Of a stretch of DNA of 64,000 bases, positions 23,150-36,129 are shown piece by piece. The DNA comes from Anolis carolinensis (Eukaryota). A program made the translations under genes and the position numbers. The DNA lies in NCBI RefSeq assembly GCF_035594765.1, contig NC_085844.1, forward strand, positions 182,048,107-182,112,106, in the 5' to 3' direction. Position 1 is the stretch's first letter; every line of letters begins with the position of its first letter. The notes beneath the pieces are model-generated. The model worked only from the letters and a program-made list of their open reading frames with translations, made no database searches and was not told the origin of the DNA.

Positions 23150-24215
23150 GCCTTAGGAAAAAAGAAGGTAAGTGTCTTCACCAGCCTCCCTCACTTCTTG
23201 TTTCTGGCACCTTGACGCTGAATGAGAGGAGTGGGTTGTTGCTTTGTGTGTGTTTGTACACACGCGTAGGTGGGATTTAACTGCCTGACAATACACTAAT
23301 ATCTGGAAACAAAAGAAAGGGGACAGAGGACAAGCTATGATCACAAGCTATAATGGAAGACTTTTGTTTGCAGCATCTCCGAGGCAAGAGTTGAGCAAGC
23401 TGAAATTCCCAAACTTCTGCCCTGTTATTTGAAGGACCATATTCTCCCGAGGCTAGTGCCTCCTCCTTAATACTGATATTTTTCTTTCTGGCTAGGAGAG
23501 AGGAGGAAGGGAGTGAATGAGAAGTTGTGTTGACTGAGGCAGAATAAAACAGAGCCACGCTGCCCCTAGTGGTGATGTCCGGGAAGGCAAGTGAAGTCGT
23601 GGATCAGTTGCTATTTTCAGCACCATTGGCGGTGAACAGCTCCAGGGAGCGTGGAGAGGGTTCTTCTTTCCAGACCAGATGGGGAAAAGTCAGGAGATGG
23701 TGGGGCAAACCGAAATACTCCTGGCGAGAGAGCCTGACCTCTCCTGAACCGGTCTGGCAGAGCCCAGAGAGGCTGGGAGGGGAAAGGGAAACATGTTGCA
23801 TGTGAACCCTTCTCTCTGTAGGAGAAGAGACAGCACCCCCCTGGGAGAGGTGGGAGGCTGCTCTCTGAAACAAAGCTTCCCACTCCAGCTTCGATCAGAG
23901 CCAGCTGGTGGTACAGAAGACCCCTGCAGCCAGGATCAAAGAAGTCCTCTACTCAGAGGGCACCAGACCTGGAGGATGCCTCAGCTCAGCTCAAGTTACC
24001 CACTGCCGTGATGTGACCAGATGATGTTCACAAATCACAGGGTACCCTTCTGTATTTCTTGGCTGCTATTCTTGGCTGCTTCCTGGGACCTTCCTTCTCT
24101 CTGAGGATTTCATTTCTATGTTTGTTTGGCTCTTTTTGACAATTGAATGAGAGAAGAAAATAGCTTGAGGGCACCAATCTCCTCTCGCCATTGCTGAAGT
24201 GTGACTGAAGTTCAG
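23150..24215 (+). promoter_or_regulatory. Candidate promoter and non-coding first exon of TMEM275
   Basis: Repeat-free, GC- and CpG-enriched island relative to the flanks, AT-rich box GAATAAAA at about 23542, ending at donor-like CAG|GTAATG (24215/24216). Inference only. Confidence 0.35.
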
Positions 24216-27200
24216 GTAATGCATTTCCTCTCCTGCTTAAAATAAATGCATTTGAATAATGATCATGTCAGCTAAGTTAATGGTGCTCCAATTGCTTAAG
24301 AATTTACCAGCAATCTCACTTACATTGAAGAAAATTTTGCTTTGCCAATGTTTACTGTGGGGTAGTTTTTTAACTGTAGGTTTTGTAGTCACAGGCTTGC
24401 ATGAAATTCTCCATAGAGTGCATGTTTGATGCTATACAAATATAGAGAGGAGAGAGAGAGGAGAGAACTCACTGAAAGGCAATTAAATGAAAAAAAAATA
24501 CCACGCATGTTTTTATAACTAGTTTCCTATTATTTATATGAATAAATATGGAAGAATACCTGATAATCTCTCCGTTTCCACTTAAATCTTAGGAGGTTTC
24601 CCTTAGATACACAACTTCTTAAATACTTGTCCGTTAATTCAAGTCTTTCCCTCCAACCTCAAGAATATGTCTTGAATGTCCTGTGGCATCGGCAGAACTA
24701 GAAAGGAGAATGATACCTTGCTACAAGAGTTTAGGATTCTTTTTTCAGTCCCTAAGCAATATGTTTGTTATTTGCTCCATTTTATCACTTCAGTGCTTCC
24801 TTCCAAAATATTGCAATTGCTCAATTTGCAGTTGTGTGTGTAGGAGGGATTAATATACATCAGAGAATAAACTCATAAAGGCAACACATTTCAGCTCCAA
24901 AATCTGTTCTTTCTCCCACACACACATTAGTAATGTTTATCCATAAAACGTTGGCACTGAATTTCCATTGAACTAAGAAACATCCTCTACTTATCCATGA
25001 ACTTGAAATCTGGTATCCTGGAGATTTCAATCCTTGATTAATCAGAGATGAACTTGTATGTGTAATATATTGATACTAATAACAGATGCTTCTCTTAAAC
25101 CTCAGTAAAGTGAATACGGATGCTGTTTGTGTTTTAGTGTATGTATTCATTCAAAATTTTGAATTGATCTTAAATTGAGTGGCTAACACTAACCAATCTT
25201 TTAATATATTTTAGCGAGTAATGGCAAAGAATATACCAGCCTATGGACAGTTATTCATAAGTTCAAAGAGGAAGTGAACAAGATTGCCAAGTCTTGGGGG
25301 CACTCTTGATTGATTTTCTTTCCAGCATTATATTTTCAATATAGTGTTTTATGCTAGTCTCATAGCATGTTCAATTATAATGTTTTTAATCCAGCTTCAA
25401 AGACTTTAAAATAAGGACCCAAAGAAGAAAGGAGCAGTAGAACTGCAGTAGGTCTGGAGGTGATTTTTCTCTCTCCCTTGAACTGTCTGGGAGTTACCCC
25501 AATAAGTAAAAAAGACCAACCTACCCAACCAATCTAGAAGTATCTAGAAGTTCACTACTGGTGTGAAAGCAGGTAAGTAAACAGTGCAGACACCTCATCC
25601 CCTGCAACATATTTAAAGGTGGCCACTCCTAGATATTTTTGGAAACGGCAGTACATACTGTACTATGTTTTCATGAGAAAAGGGGCCATTTAGGAAGTCT
25701 GGAGAGGTCCAAATTTGCCAAAATAGCCTTCAGATGAACATATAGCCCCAGAGTCACATGTTGCCCACTGCTGATGTAAGGCACTAACAGTAAATTCTTT
25801 GTGGAATCAAAATGCTAAAATATTCTGTTTTTCACTTCCAATGGATCAATGGTCCCATCTGTAAACTGACAAAGCAAAGTGCCATATGGAAAGTTAAAAC
25901 GTACTCTGTAGAAGTTACAGCTCACCAATAAGGTCCTGGCTTAGACTTCTGCTAGTTATGAATGCTGATATAACTTTTGCTGATACCATCATGTGCAGAA
26001 ACAAATCTTATGCAAACCCCCTTGTCCTGATTATATGGAAGCTCTTGAGATGCAGATCCTTCTTTCCGGAGACTGATCATCTGCAGGGTGCATCTGGGGC
26101 ATTCAAGATGCCCTTGAGCACCTGGAGTAGAAAAACCTTCTTTTATTGGGGATGAAGACTTCTCCTTCTTCCCAAGGGCAGTCAAAATGCTCCTGGAAGC
26201 ATGCCTGCATCTGGAAAGTGGATGGGGGAAGGAGCCCATGAACACCGTAAAACCACCAGAGTGGAAGCAGGAAAGAAAGACAAGCAATTGCCCCCAGATG
26301 ATGGATTAATTACCTTGGATAAGGCTTGCCAGAGGAATTAAACAATTTTGTGCCATATATTATATTTTTCCAGTGACCATAATCCCAGTTTTGGAAAAGG
26401 AAAAAGTAACCACACATCAATAAAGAACTGCACACATGTTTGATTCTCTGAAAGTCTATAGGCCATGGATCTGTAGTAAGTGTTACAATCCCTCTTATGT
26501 AGTTCTGTCAGAATAAACTCCTATATGATAGTGGTCTAGTGAGAGTATATATTCATGTGTTTGTGTGTGTTTCCTGCATTTGTGTTATGTCTAAAGTGGC
26601 CACTTCACTGTTAAAGACTACTTTAAATTACTATTAATTTTGTAGGTTATGTTTTGCTTAACCACACACGAGACTCTATAGTAACCAAATCACCGGTTAT
26701 ACTTCCAAGAGTTTGAAAAACTGTCTGCCTGTCTGTTCAATAACGATGATGTTGTAAGCCTGGTTTATAAAATCACAATAATCTATTACAACTGCATAGA
26801 CCAAATGAGCTCTCAAAATATTATCTTTGAAGTCTCACAGCCCCCCTTCAAACCCAACCATTTCTGAGACAGAGTAGTGAGTAATGACATGTCTAGCCCT
26901 CTTCCAGTCACAGAGCACACTGAGACAGACAGCTGCAACAGGATCTCAACAAGAGCTGCTGCATCTGTATGTCTCAGTGTGCCCAGCAACTGAGACAGGG
27001 CTGTAGAAATCATGATTCATCACCCTGCTCTCCAGTGCATTGGAAATGGCTGTATTGGGTAGGGGATGCAAGGCATTCAAGATAGAATTCACTAAAGAGG
27101 GCACTGCAGGTGTTGTAACTATGTCTCCATATGGCCAATGTTACAGTCAATGAAGTTGCTCCATGTGGTATCTTCTTCATTTCAATACTATGATGAAATC

Positions 27201-28123
27201 TTTCTCCATGTGATACTGAAGAACTAGCATTGTGCTAATCCTTTTTTTAAAAACAGATTTTATACATGACACAAGAAAGGTCAAACTGCACTATATTAGA
27301 AAATGGTACATTTCAGAAGAACTGAATTCATAAGGGCATAAGTCTTTCTGATTAAAATAAAATTTACTTCTAAGAAGTAAGTTTTAAGTTTACAGCTTGA
27401 AACAAACTTGGAGTTATGAAAAAGATTAACCATACAATGTTCCACATGCTTATTCAGAAATATGTTCTATTGAGTTCAGAGGGATTTACATCCAGGTAAA
27501 TTGGTATAGAGAACCAGCATGGTTTTTTGGTTTTAATGCTAGATCAGGACTCTCAAAAACCAGGTTAGAACTACATTTAAGTCATGGAAACTCACTTTGT
27601 GCAAGTTGTACTTTCCTTCAGTCAGTTAGGAAAATAGTGGCTACCCTGCTCATCTCAGATCACAGAAACAGTGGAAGCAGAGTCTCTGAACCAGATCTTA
27701 ATGCAGAGATATGCTAAAGGTGGAGATGACAGTAACCTTAATGGATTTTACCCTGACATCACACAGAGGAGATGAGATTTATTTATTTATCATGTCAGAA
27801 GCTAATTGAGACTATAGTTATAATGTATAAGAAACCCCACAAACAAAGTTAAATGTCCTTTGACCAGTAGCTGGCCACTTGGAGTGCCTCTGGTGTCACT
27901 GTGAGAAGGTCTCCCATTGTGCGTGTGGCAGGGCTCAGGCTGCATTGCAATAGGTGGTCTCTGGTTTGCTCTTCTCCACACTCGCATGTCGTGGACTCCA
28001 CTTTGTAACTCAATTTCTTAAGCTTGGCTCTGCATCTCATGGTGCCAGAGTGCAGTCTGTTCAGCATCTTCCAAATTGCCCAGTCTTGTGTGCCCAGGAG
28101 GGAATTTCTAATCTGGTATCAGC

Positions 28124-28296
28124 CCGGGGAGAGCTCCCTCTATCAGCTCCAGCTCCATACAGGGACATGAGAGAAGCTTCCCACAAGGATAGTAAAAACA
28201 TCAAAACATCCAGGCGTCCCCTGGAAAATGTCCTTGTAGACAGCCAATTCTCTCATACCAGAAGCAACTTGCAGTTTCTCAAGTCACTTCTGACAC
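28124..28296 (+). mobile_element. 5'-truncated bipartite Vingi-dependent SINE
   Basis: Sauria-like head remnant (GGGGAGAGCTCCCTCTATCAGCTCCAGCT), Vingi-leader homology to 7509-7593, and terminal CTTCTGACAC matching the Vingi 3' terminus. Confidence 0.65.
28160..28256 (+). ncRNA. HDV-like ribozyme fold
   Basis: P1 GGGAC(28162-66)/GTCCC(28216-20); P2 ATGAGAGAA(28167-75)/TTCTCTCAT(28248-56); P3 GCT/GGC; L3 TCCCAC; P1.1 GG(28223-24); P4 TGTC/GACA; J4/2 GCCAA. Confidence 0.65.
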
Positions 28297-31200
28297 TAAT
28301 TGAGGTTCCAGGTTTTAATCTGCCACTTTTGGACTCTTGCTTGCTGTGGTGTTCCTGTGAGTATCTCTGTGGATCTTAGAATGCTAGAAAAACTTTCAAT
28401 AGATGAAATAAATTTATTAGATAAAGATATACATATCTACCTGTTCACGATAAGTGAATACCAGAGCTTGGAAAGCTTATTTTTGGACTACATTTCCCAG
28501 AATCTCAAAGCCACCATGCCAGTTGTACAAAAATAACTTTTTCAAGCTATGGTTTCTCATGTTGCTGTATATCTTCATTTAATAAATGCATTGCATCTTA
28601 AGCCATAGTAATGCTTTCCATCACTAACATACTTTTTGTGTGTAGGGGTATAATTTCAGAGGTATGTGATATACTGGAAATGTGTGATTCTATAGTCAGC
28701 AAGAAATAAGAAAGCAAGAATATGTTCCTGTTGACATGAAACACTAGAGAAATGAGAAGGATTTTGGATTGTGTCAGGAATGAAATGCATGCACAACAAT
28801 AGCAATTGGACAGTGGACCAGTTCTGCCCAAACTCCAACTCTTGGCATTTTGGTTCTCTTAGTTTAGTGCCTGAGACACATGGCACTACTGACATCCATG
28901 CACATACACATATTCATTACTATGGTAGGACACAGTTTACAAGGTGCTGTTGCAAAACTCCCATTCATTTAGCTAGGTTTTTCCAGGCATTCAGATCTCT
29001 AGATCTTCTATTTGTCATCCAGAGTGACCTTGCCCAGTGTGAGGTCAATCCTGCAACTGATCAGCTGAAAGAGAAAGCGAGACATTAAAAGAAGATCAAA
29101 GAACATGCTGAGCTGTATGCATTGTGTTCCCTGCATTAGAAAGAATGAATCAGCCACACTAGTTCTAAAACATCCTTTGCCCCAATCTATTTTTGGAGGC
29201 TGTTCAGGATGGTGTTCGTCCATTCCAAAGATGAAATTTGAATGAATGATCCATCTTATCTGGTTCAATCTAGTTCTGTTACAAGTGAAATTCATTGTTG
29301 ATAGGAAGCTAAATTAAAGAGACATACAATACATGTTTTTATGTAGGTGCTCTATATGGATTTCTGCCCCCTTGCTAGCTTACCAGAAATCATTAATGTT
29401 TGGAAGAACAGACTCTCTTCTGTTCTTTTTTGCCCTTGATCTGAAAATGGATCAGTTAGAAAGTAGGGTGGCTACATCTAGAAAAAGAAAAGAAAAGCAA
29501 AACTGCCTTGTCAAAAAGATTTGCCTTTTATTTGCATATGACTCTGCATATGTATGTATGGAAATTTTCATGACAAAGATTATAATTCAACAGAAATGCA
29601 ATATGGAAACTAACCAGGTGGTGCTGTCTCTGCTCAGTTTGCTATTGAGCTTCTCCCTGTTTGTGCGTATTTTCAAGTATTCACAAGATCAGTGGCATGA
29701 TTCACTCTGAGTTTTAGTCCAAACTTTGAAGGAACTATCTATGTTTCTGAATCCTATTCTCAAAAGCTTTGGTGTCTTGTACAGCTCCTAAAATTCAGAG
29801 TGAGTTCATCTCATTGATAGGAGATCTACCGGCTGACATTGCATCCAAACTCCCTGCTCCGTCTGCTTATTGTTTCTGAAAATGTACATGGAAGACAGAC
29901 CATCAAATGGAAGACACTTTCCGACAGAGGATTGTCTTATGTAAAAGACATAAGCTCAGCATCTTAATACATTTGCAAAAGGAGTGTGATAGGGAAGAAT
30001 CCTTTCTAGCTTTGGCATATTGGATTTTGGTTTCCATGAATGTTACAAGCAACTCTGTGTTCACCAAATCTAGAAGTAAAATAAAGTGTAAAGTTGGCCA
30101 GTATTCTTTTGGCTCACCATACTAGGACAACAACACTATCATAATAAGTGGTACCAAGTTAAGGGCCCTCATTGGCCTCTCTGCCTGCCTGTCACTCTGT
30201 TCTCTCCTCCTATCACTTTGTTTGTTAGACTGATACTTCTCAGGGACACATACATGGCAAACCCCTGAGTCTTCCATGCTGTTCTACTGTTTGTTCTTCT
30301 CCTGTGAGCATGGAGATACAAGATGTCTGCTGTGAAATAGATAGCTAGACAGCAAGGCCCTGTTAACTTTCCTATATAGGTATGTAATTCTTTGAGTAAT
30401 TTTTTTTAAAACTTTTGAGTTTGACTCTGTTCCTGAATTGCTTAAGCTCAATTGTTCTGTTCATGGCACTAGAAGCTTCTGAACTGCTGGTACTGCTGTT
30501 GTTGCTTTACTTTTTTGGAATACTTTTTTCTTTTTGGAAATTACTCCCCAACATGTTGAAGAAAGAGGCTGTTCTGAGTGGACTCATTTTGCTACTTTAT
30601 TTGCCACTATTGTGTGACTCTGGCAAAAGGGAAACCACTACTGTAGAACTTCAACAGAAACTGGGCTATTGTCTGAGCATAATAATGGTGAGAAAAGGTA
30701 GCTCCACCCACTGTGCTATACAATGTCCCAAAGCTTAGGAGTAACAAGGACAGGTGTACAATGTGCTGTACATGCATGGATTTTGTGGACAACATCCAAC
30801 AGTCATGTCCAGCTAACAGTAGTAGGAGTGGAATTACACATGGACAACCATTGTACATGGTTACACATTAAAATACACAGATTAATATGCAAATAACCTC
30901 CATGTATTATGCATTTTATTGTTCAATGGGCTGATGCCCATGTGTGTTGCTCAATTATCTACATAAATTGTGTTATAGTGGTATTCTGTTTAGGAGTTGC
31001 ATAATGTCAGTGTGACATAACTCCACCAGCAGATGTTCATGCTGTGGCCAACATGTGGATTATATAAGCATTAAGCTTGTTGTCTCCACTCATAAATGTT
31101 TCCGGAGCAAGCTGTACTCCTTGTCCATGTTCATTTGACTTGTCAAACTTAACTGAATCATTTCTATAGAACAGGAAGCCACTGAAAATACAAGTCATAA

Positions 31201-31518
31201 TAAGAAAAGAAGAATATTGCATTCAACCAAATAAAGCCAAATCCCGTGTGTTGTACTAAGTGTATTTGTGTGGGGGGGGGGGGCAGTGGGCGGGGAGGGC
31301 GACAACGATGATGACACACAGCTGTCATGAAAGTAATGGATGAGGCCTGTCTGGCCTCAGCAGTGTGTAAGCAAAAGAATAGCAGTCAAGTAAGGAGCAT
31401 TTTATCCATCCTGCTGTGTTCTGGACAGGCAATCTACGGTACTTGTTGAATTTTTCTGAGCAGTCAAGTCAAGTCATATGGATGTTATTCTATAGGGCCC
31501 TGTGAATGAAAACCATAT

Positions 31519-31882
31519 ACAATTTGAATATCCCTTATCTGAAATGTTTGGGACCAGAAGTGTTTTGGATTTCAGACCTCCCTCCCCCCCTCAGATTTTA
31601 GAAACTTGTATTTGCCAATACATACATATTGAGATATCTTGCAGATGGGACCTATTCCTAAATACAGCATTCATTTATGTTTCATATGCCTATGGCTTGC
31701 ATATAGCTTGAAAGTCATTTCATACAATATTTTTAAAATGTGTGTGAAACAAAGTTTGTGTACACTGAACCATCAGAAAGTAAAGGTGTCCTTCTCTATC
31801 TCAGCTGCCCATATGGATAATTTTTGGATTTTTTTTTACTATTTCTGGTTTCAGAGTTCTGAATAAGTGACATTCAACTTGT
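31519..31882. mobile_element. Tigger/Tc1-mariner-type MITE
   Basis: TA-flanked inverted ends CAATTTGAATATCCCTTATCTGAAA / TTCTGAATAAGTGACATTCAACTTG. Confidence 0.6.
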
Positions 31883-32469
31883 ACCTCTTGAATTAGAGTT
31901 TAGAAGGAATTATGTATAAGCAACATAGTTGCCAGCAAGTTGTGTGTGTCTGTGTTAGAAACAAAGAGAAGAGCATAAGATTACACTACCACAAAAGAGA
32001 ACAATCAGATCTTTTGATGTAACAGGTTGTTTGCAATTGTTGCTATTTCAATAATACCCCACCATTTCCCAAGCATTGCAGCTGAAAGTACCTCACAAAA
32101 TATAACACAGATAAAAGCATATCAGTAAAAAAAACAACCCAGTAACATAAACATTAAAATAAAACTAATCTGCTTAAAGAATTAAAAGCAATTCAAAAAC
32201 TACCCTTCACATATTTTCTAGATTTTTTTTTAGTTAAAGAGCATTTTAGAGGAAGTTTGAGTAGAGTTGTTCACATTTGATGCCATTTTCTTATCAGCCT
32301 TAAATGCTTTTTTATACAATGAAAAGATACTAAAAATAATTAGTTCAATGCATAATGTGGCAAGTTACCTTTAAAATATTGTGATGAGCAGTGACAGTGA
32401 AATATTTTATTGCTTTCTGTAAGTTATCAGAATGAGTTAATTTTTAAAAAAATATACTTCCCAAGCTTT

Positions 32470-32628
32470 GTTCTGAATATCAGCTGCTGAGAACAAGCAT
32501 TGGGAGAGAGCTGTTGCTCACAGTTCTCTCTTGTAGACTTCCCAGAGGGATCTGGTTCGTCACTGTAATAAACTGGAAGATGCCAGACTAGATTGATCTT
32601 TGATCTGATCCGGGTGGAGCTTATGTTG
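32470..32628 (+). mobile_element. Old CR1-related 3' end
   Basis: GACTAGATTGATCTTTGATCTGATCC...CTTATGTT terminus typical of old CR1 3' UTRs. Confidence 0.45.
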
Positions 32629-34728
32629 ATGCAGCTGGACGGGCTTCACAAGCCAGCTGGGGAGAAGACCTTTGTAGAATCAGCTCAGTCTCGTTTGTTA
32701 AGCGGAGTTAATTGGATTGGTTGGATTCCACTTCATTATAGCCTTTTTCAGAAAATCCTCTACACAGTAGTTGTGGAGTGGGGGAAGGATGACTTTACTT
32801 CCCCATCCCACCCCCAATTTTCCATGCCCTACTGACATCAGCCCTCAAAACCTTTGCATTCCACACAGTCTCAAAAAGAGATTTCTGTGGGCCTACAGCT
32901 TTTCACATAAGCACACATTCCAGTCATGCAGAGTCTGTCGTCCATAGCAATAAGTGTGAAGGATCCTACACCACACATTGTACAAAGTAAGTTTCCAGGG
33001 AGCAAGATGTTTGGGGTGGGATCCCTTCCTAACATGTTTTGTTTATACATGGAGGTAATACTCTTTAAAGGGTCTGAGGTCCGATTTGGGTTTTTGTGAA
33101 AGGAGCGCCTGTATTTGCAAGTAATTTTATGTGCAAAGGCACTTATACATTCTTACCTTATGGTGTCCATCCCAATGGGAAGTGTGCCAAACAGTGGAAG
33201 GAAATGTCTGTGGAGTCATGGCAATGCAGTGGTAAGTGTGCTGAACTAGCTCTCTGGGAGATCAGTGTTTAAAACTTACACAGATAAGCCTAACAGGAAG
33301 GGAATGGCAATCCTAAAAATAGATCTTGCAAGGAAACCACTACTGCAATTACAAAGTCATCAACCTTTCCACTTTCCCCCACATTTGTCATGTGAGGAAA
33401 AGGAGGTAGTTAGAAGTTTTGCTAGTTGCCTGTTCCTCGTTATTTTATCCATTGAGAATCAAAGTCTGTTCTTCTGCCTAATCCCCTTTTTAGGTCATGC
33501 TTGAATGTGACAGAGATTGGTGTGTGTGTGTTTCATATATGCCCCTGGAAAAGTCATTGGTATTTTGGAAAATTTAATCTAATTGTAGCTTGATGTAATA
33601 GCTGAGAAACAGTTGACACATAACCTTTCTATTTTAATTTGTATATTCTGTATGATTTGCTAGTAGACTTTCCAGATCTCAGGACCTTTTTTCTTAGTCC
33701 TCAGGATGGGAGTGCTAACCTTGAAAAACAGGTCTGTGTCTCAGTATGTACTTCCATCATTTCTTAATCTTTATATATTTTCTCTGAATGGCACAATTGT
33801 TACAGTGATGTTTAATGGCATTACCTGGGGACATTATCCTTGAAATCTCGGTATTTGTGTTAGCTCTGATCTGGCAACCCAACTTGCAGACATTATTACA
33901 GATTTGCACAGGTTGTTTGCTTTCATTGGAATTTAAGAGGGGCAATGTCCCAGGTTTTGCATCTTTTTCTTGTGTCAAATGAGCTCTGTCTTTTGAGGTA
34001 TGCCCACACTGCTCAACTGTAGTGGTTTGATATTCTTTTAACTTCTGTAATTCCTTCCTACGGAACCATTAGAGTTTGTACTTTGATGGGATGGTATTTA
34101 GAATTCTCTGAATTCTCAAATGCAGAGCTCTTGAGCAGAAAATTCTCAGTCTCTCATGAAGCTTTGAATGCAGGATTCTATAGGAGATAATTGTGACATT
34201 TTGAACATACCTTCTAATATTTCACAAATTTGGAATTTAGGAGGCCAGCTGGGCTGACAGCATATTGACACCTCCTGGGAGCCACTGCCACAGCTGTTCT
34301 TCCAACCAGAGGCAAATGTAAGCAGGTCCATGGCAAAGTCTTGCTGGTAACATTGCTTATAGTGAAGGCAGAACAGGTTGTCCAAACATGTGATCATTAG
34401 AAATGATGCAGGACTCAGAGCTGCTTGGAGTGGTTCTCTCTTGATTTGTGAATCCCGGATTGTATTAGATTAGGCTCTATTCAGCTGTCCACATGTCAAA
34501 AGCATACAGGTCATTCCAGAGTTTCCTTGAAGCTACTGAAGAACTGGTCATACATTGTATTGACTGCTTGCAGCAGTGTCAAGATGAGTCTGCTTTATTT
34601 GACTCATGCAGACATAAGGTTGGGCTGCTTCCTCAGACCTTATAAAACAGTCATATGCCCCATTTCTGAGCCTTTGTCTTCCTATGCCTACTATCTATTT
34701 TGTTGGTAACCTGTAGGCTATCATAGAC

Positions 34729-35619
34729 TGTGACACCCCTGGCTGCGAGAGCACTGGAAACCAATACACCGAGGCCAATAAACAATCTAATATCTTTATT
34801 AAGGAATTAAGAAATTAAAACGAAAACAAGCAGAAGATATAGTTCATCAATAGACCTTTCAGGAAAGGTCAAATATAGTCCAGTAATATATTGTCCAATG
34901 TATAATATTAGAGTTTAAAGTTTGTAATCCAAAAACCGAAACACACTCAAACTTCCAAGCAGTTTGAGTGGGGAAAACGTTCAAGTCTTTTGCTAGAGTT
35001 CAATGTAAGTCCAAGGCAAGGTATAGAAGACAAGGCTGGAATCACGGCGAGACAAGGCAAGGAAACATGGCTAGGCAAGACATGGAAACACGGCCAGGCA
35101 AGGCACGGCTAGACTGGAAGGTAGTGGAACTAAACGCGGTCCACACTTGGCTGGAAGTGAAGTTGATCCTCCAACTGACACGTTGACTCCTCACTGGCTA
35201 GCCAGCGCACAGAAGTTTTAAGGAACTTCAAATCTTTTCACAGAGCAGGTGTCCAAATTCTCTTTTCCCAAGGGAAAAGAGCTAAAACAACATCTTCACC
35301 AGATGCGATCCTCCCTGAGAATTCTCAGGGAAAAACAGGTTAATCAGCAGATTCTCTAGCTGCTAATCGCGTGCTCCTTCTCCTGCCAGCTTTCTCAGAC
35401 CTGCAAGTTTCCCAAAATATTCGCCTATCAAAGGGAGGGGAACTGGCGGGAGAAGGCTCCGTTTCAAGGGCCTTTTTAATGAGCTGTGGACTAGAATTGT
35501 CAATAGGAAGCAGCTGGAAAGAGGCAGAGTCTTGCTGAATCGGCACAAACCCCATGTCCTCGTCACTGTGGTCCATAATGGAGGCAGGATCACGGCCCAA
35601 GGGTTCAGGGGACATCACA
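34729..35619 (-). mobile_element. Solo LTR (probably Gypsy-type), 891 bp
   Basis: TGTGACA...CATCACA termini, perfect 5-bp TSD TAGAC (34724-28, 35620-24), - strand AATAAA at 34795-34800, internal CAAGG repeats. Confidence 0.9.
35340..35615 (-). CDS. LTR U3-encoded 91-aa ORF with acidic-GF and RRSxRL motifs (putative)
   Basis: ATG at the fifth base of the LTR (TGTG-ATG); open frame MSPEPLGRDPASIMDHSDEDMGF...EKAGRRRSTRLAARESAD. Confidence 0.4.
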   Translation of the reverse strand: MSPEPLGRDPASIMDHSDEDMGFVPIQQDSASFQLLPIDNSSPQLIKKALETEPSPASSPPFDRRIFWETCRSEKAGRRRSTRLAARESAD

Positions 35620-36129
35620 TAGACAAAGGATCTGCTTCATGTACCTTTGGTAAAATGAGTGGGGATTGACTTCTCTAATTTCTCTGCACACATCAGGTGT
35701 GGGTTTTTTTGTGTATCATTGTGCTCACATATGCAGCTTGTCTGCAGATCAACATCTGTGCCAGTGACATGCCTTTTGGGACTGTTTTGAGACATTGCTG
35801 CCATTTTATCAAACTTCTAACTTTTTGTCAAGGGCTGCTCATACCCAACTTCATGTGCCTTCTTTATTGGGACAAACACAATTTCCAAAAGCCCCAGACA
35901 ACAGACAGTAAGGGATTTTGAGAGTTATAATCCAAAACATCTCAGTGGGGGGGAAATCTTCATTTGGTCTTAATAGTCTGGTTACGGCCTAGGTAGAAAA
36001 CAATTTGGGAACCGACATGATCTTAACAATCATACTGGCTTATTTTAAAATGTTGTTCCAAAATTATGGAGATAATGTACATTGTATTTTGCTTGTTGAA
36101 GATGTGTGGTTTAAATATTTATATTAATA

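Larger units (their letters stand above)
27777..28382 (-). mobile_element. Vingi LINE 3' fragment interrupted by an antisense SINE
   Basis: (TAAA)n tail and terminus GCTTCTGACATGATAAATAAAT; ORF LRSTEILTGTPQQARVQKWQIKTWNLN [insertion] LIPD*KFPPGHTR / LNRLHSGTMRCRAKLKK...CECGEEQTRDHLLQC. Confidence 0.8.

Noticed and set aside
23555-23573. CTCF-like site (reverse CCACTAGGGGCAGC)
   Set aside because: It is one G short of the core consensus, giving mismatches at key positions; not supportable without ChIP data.
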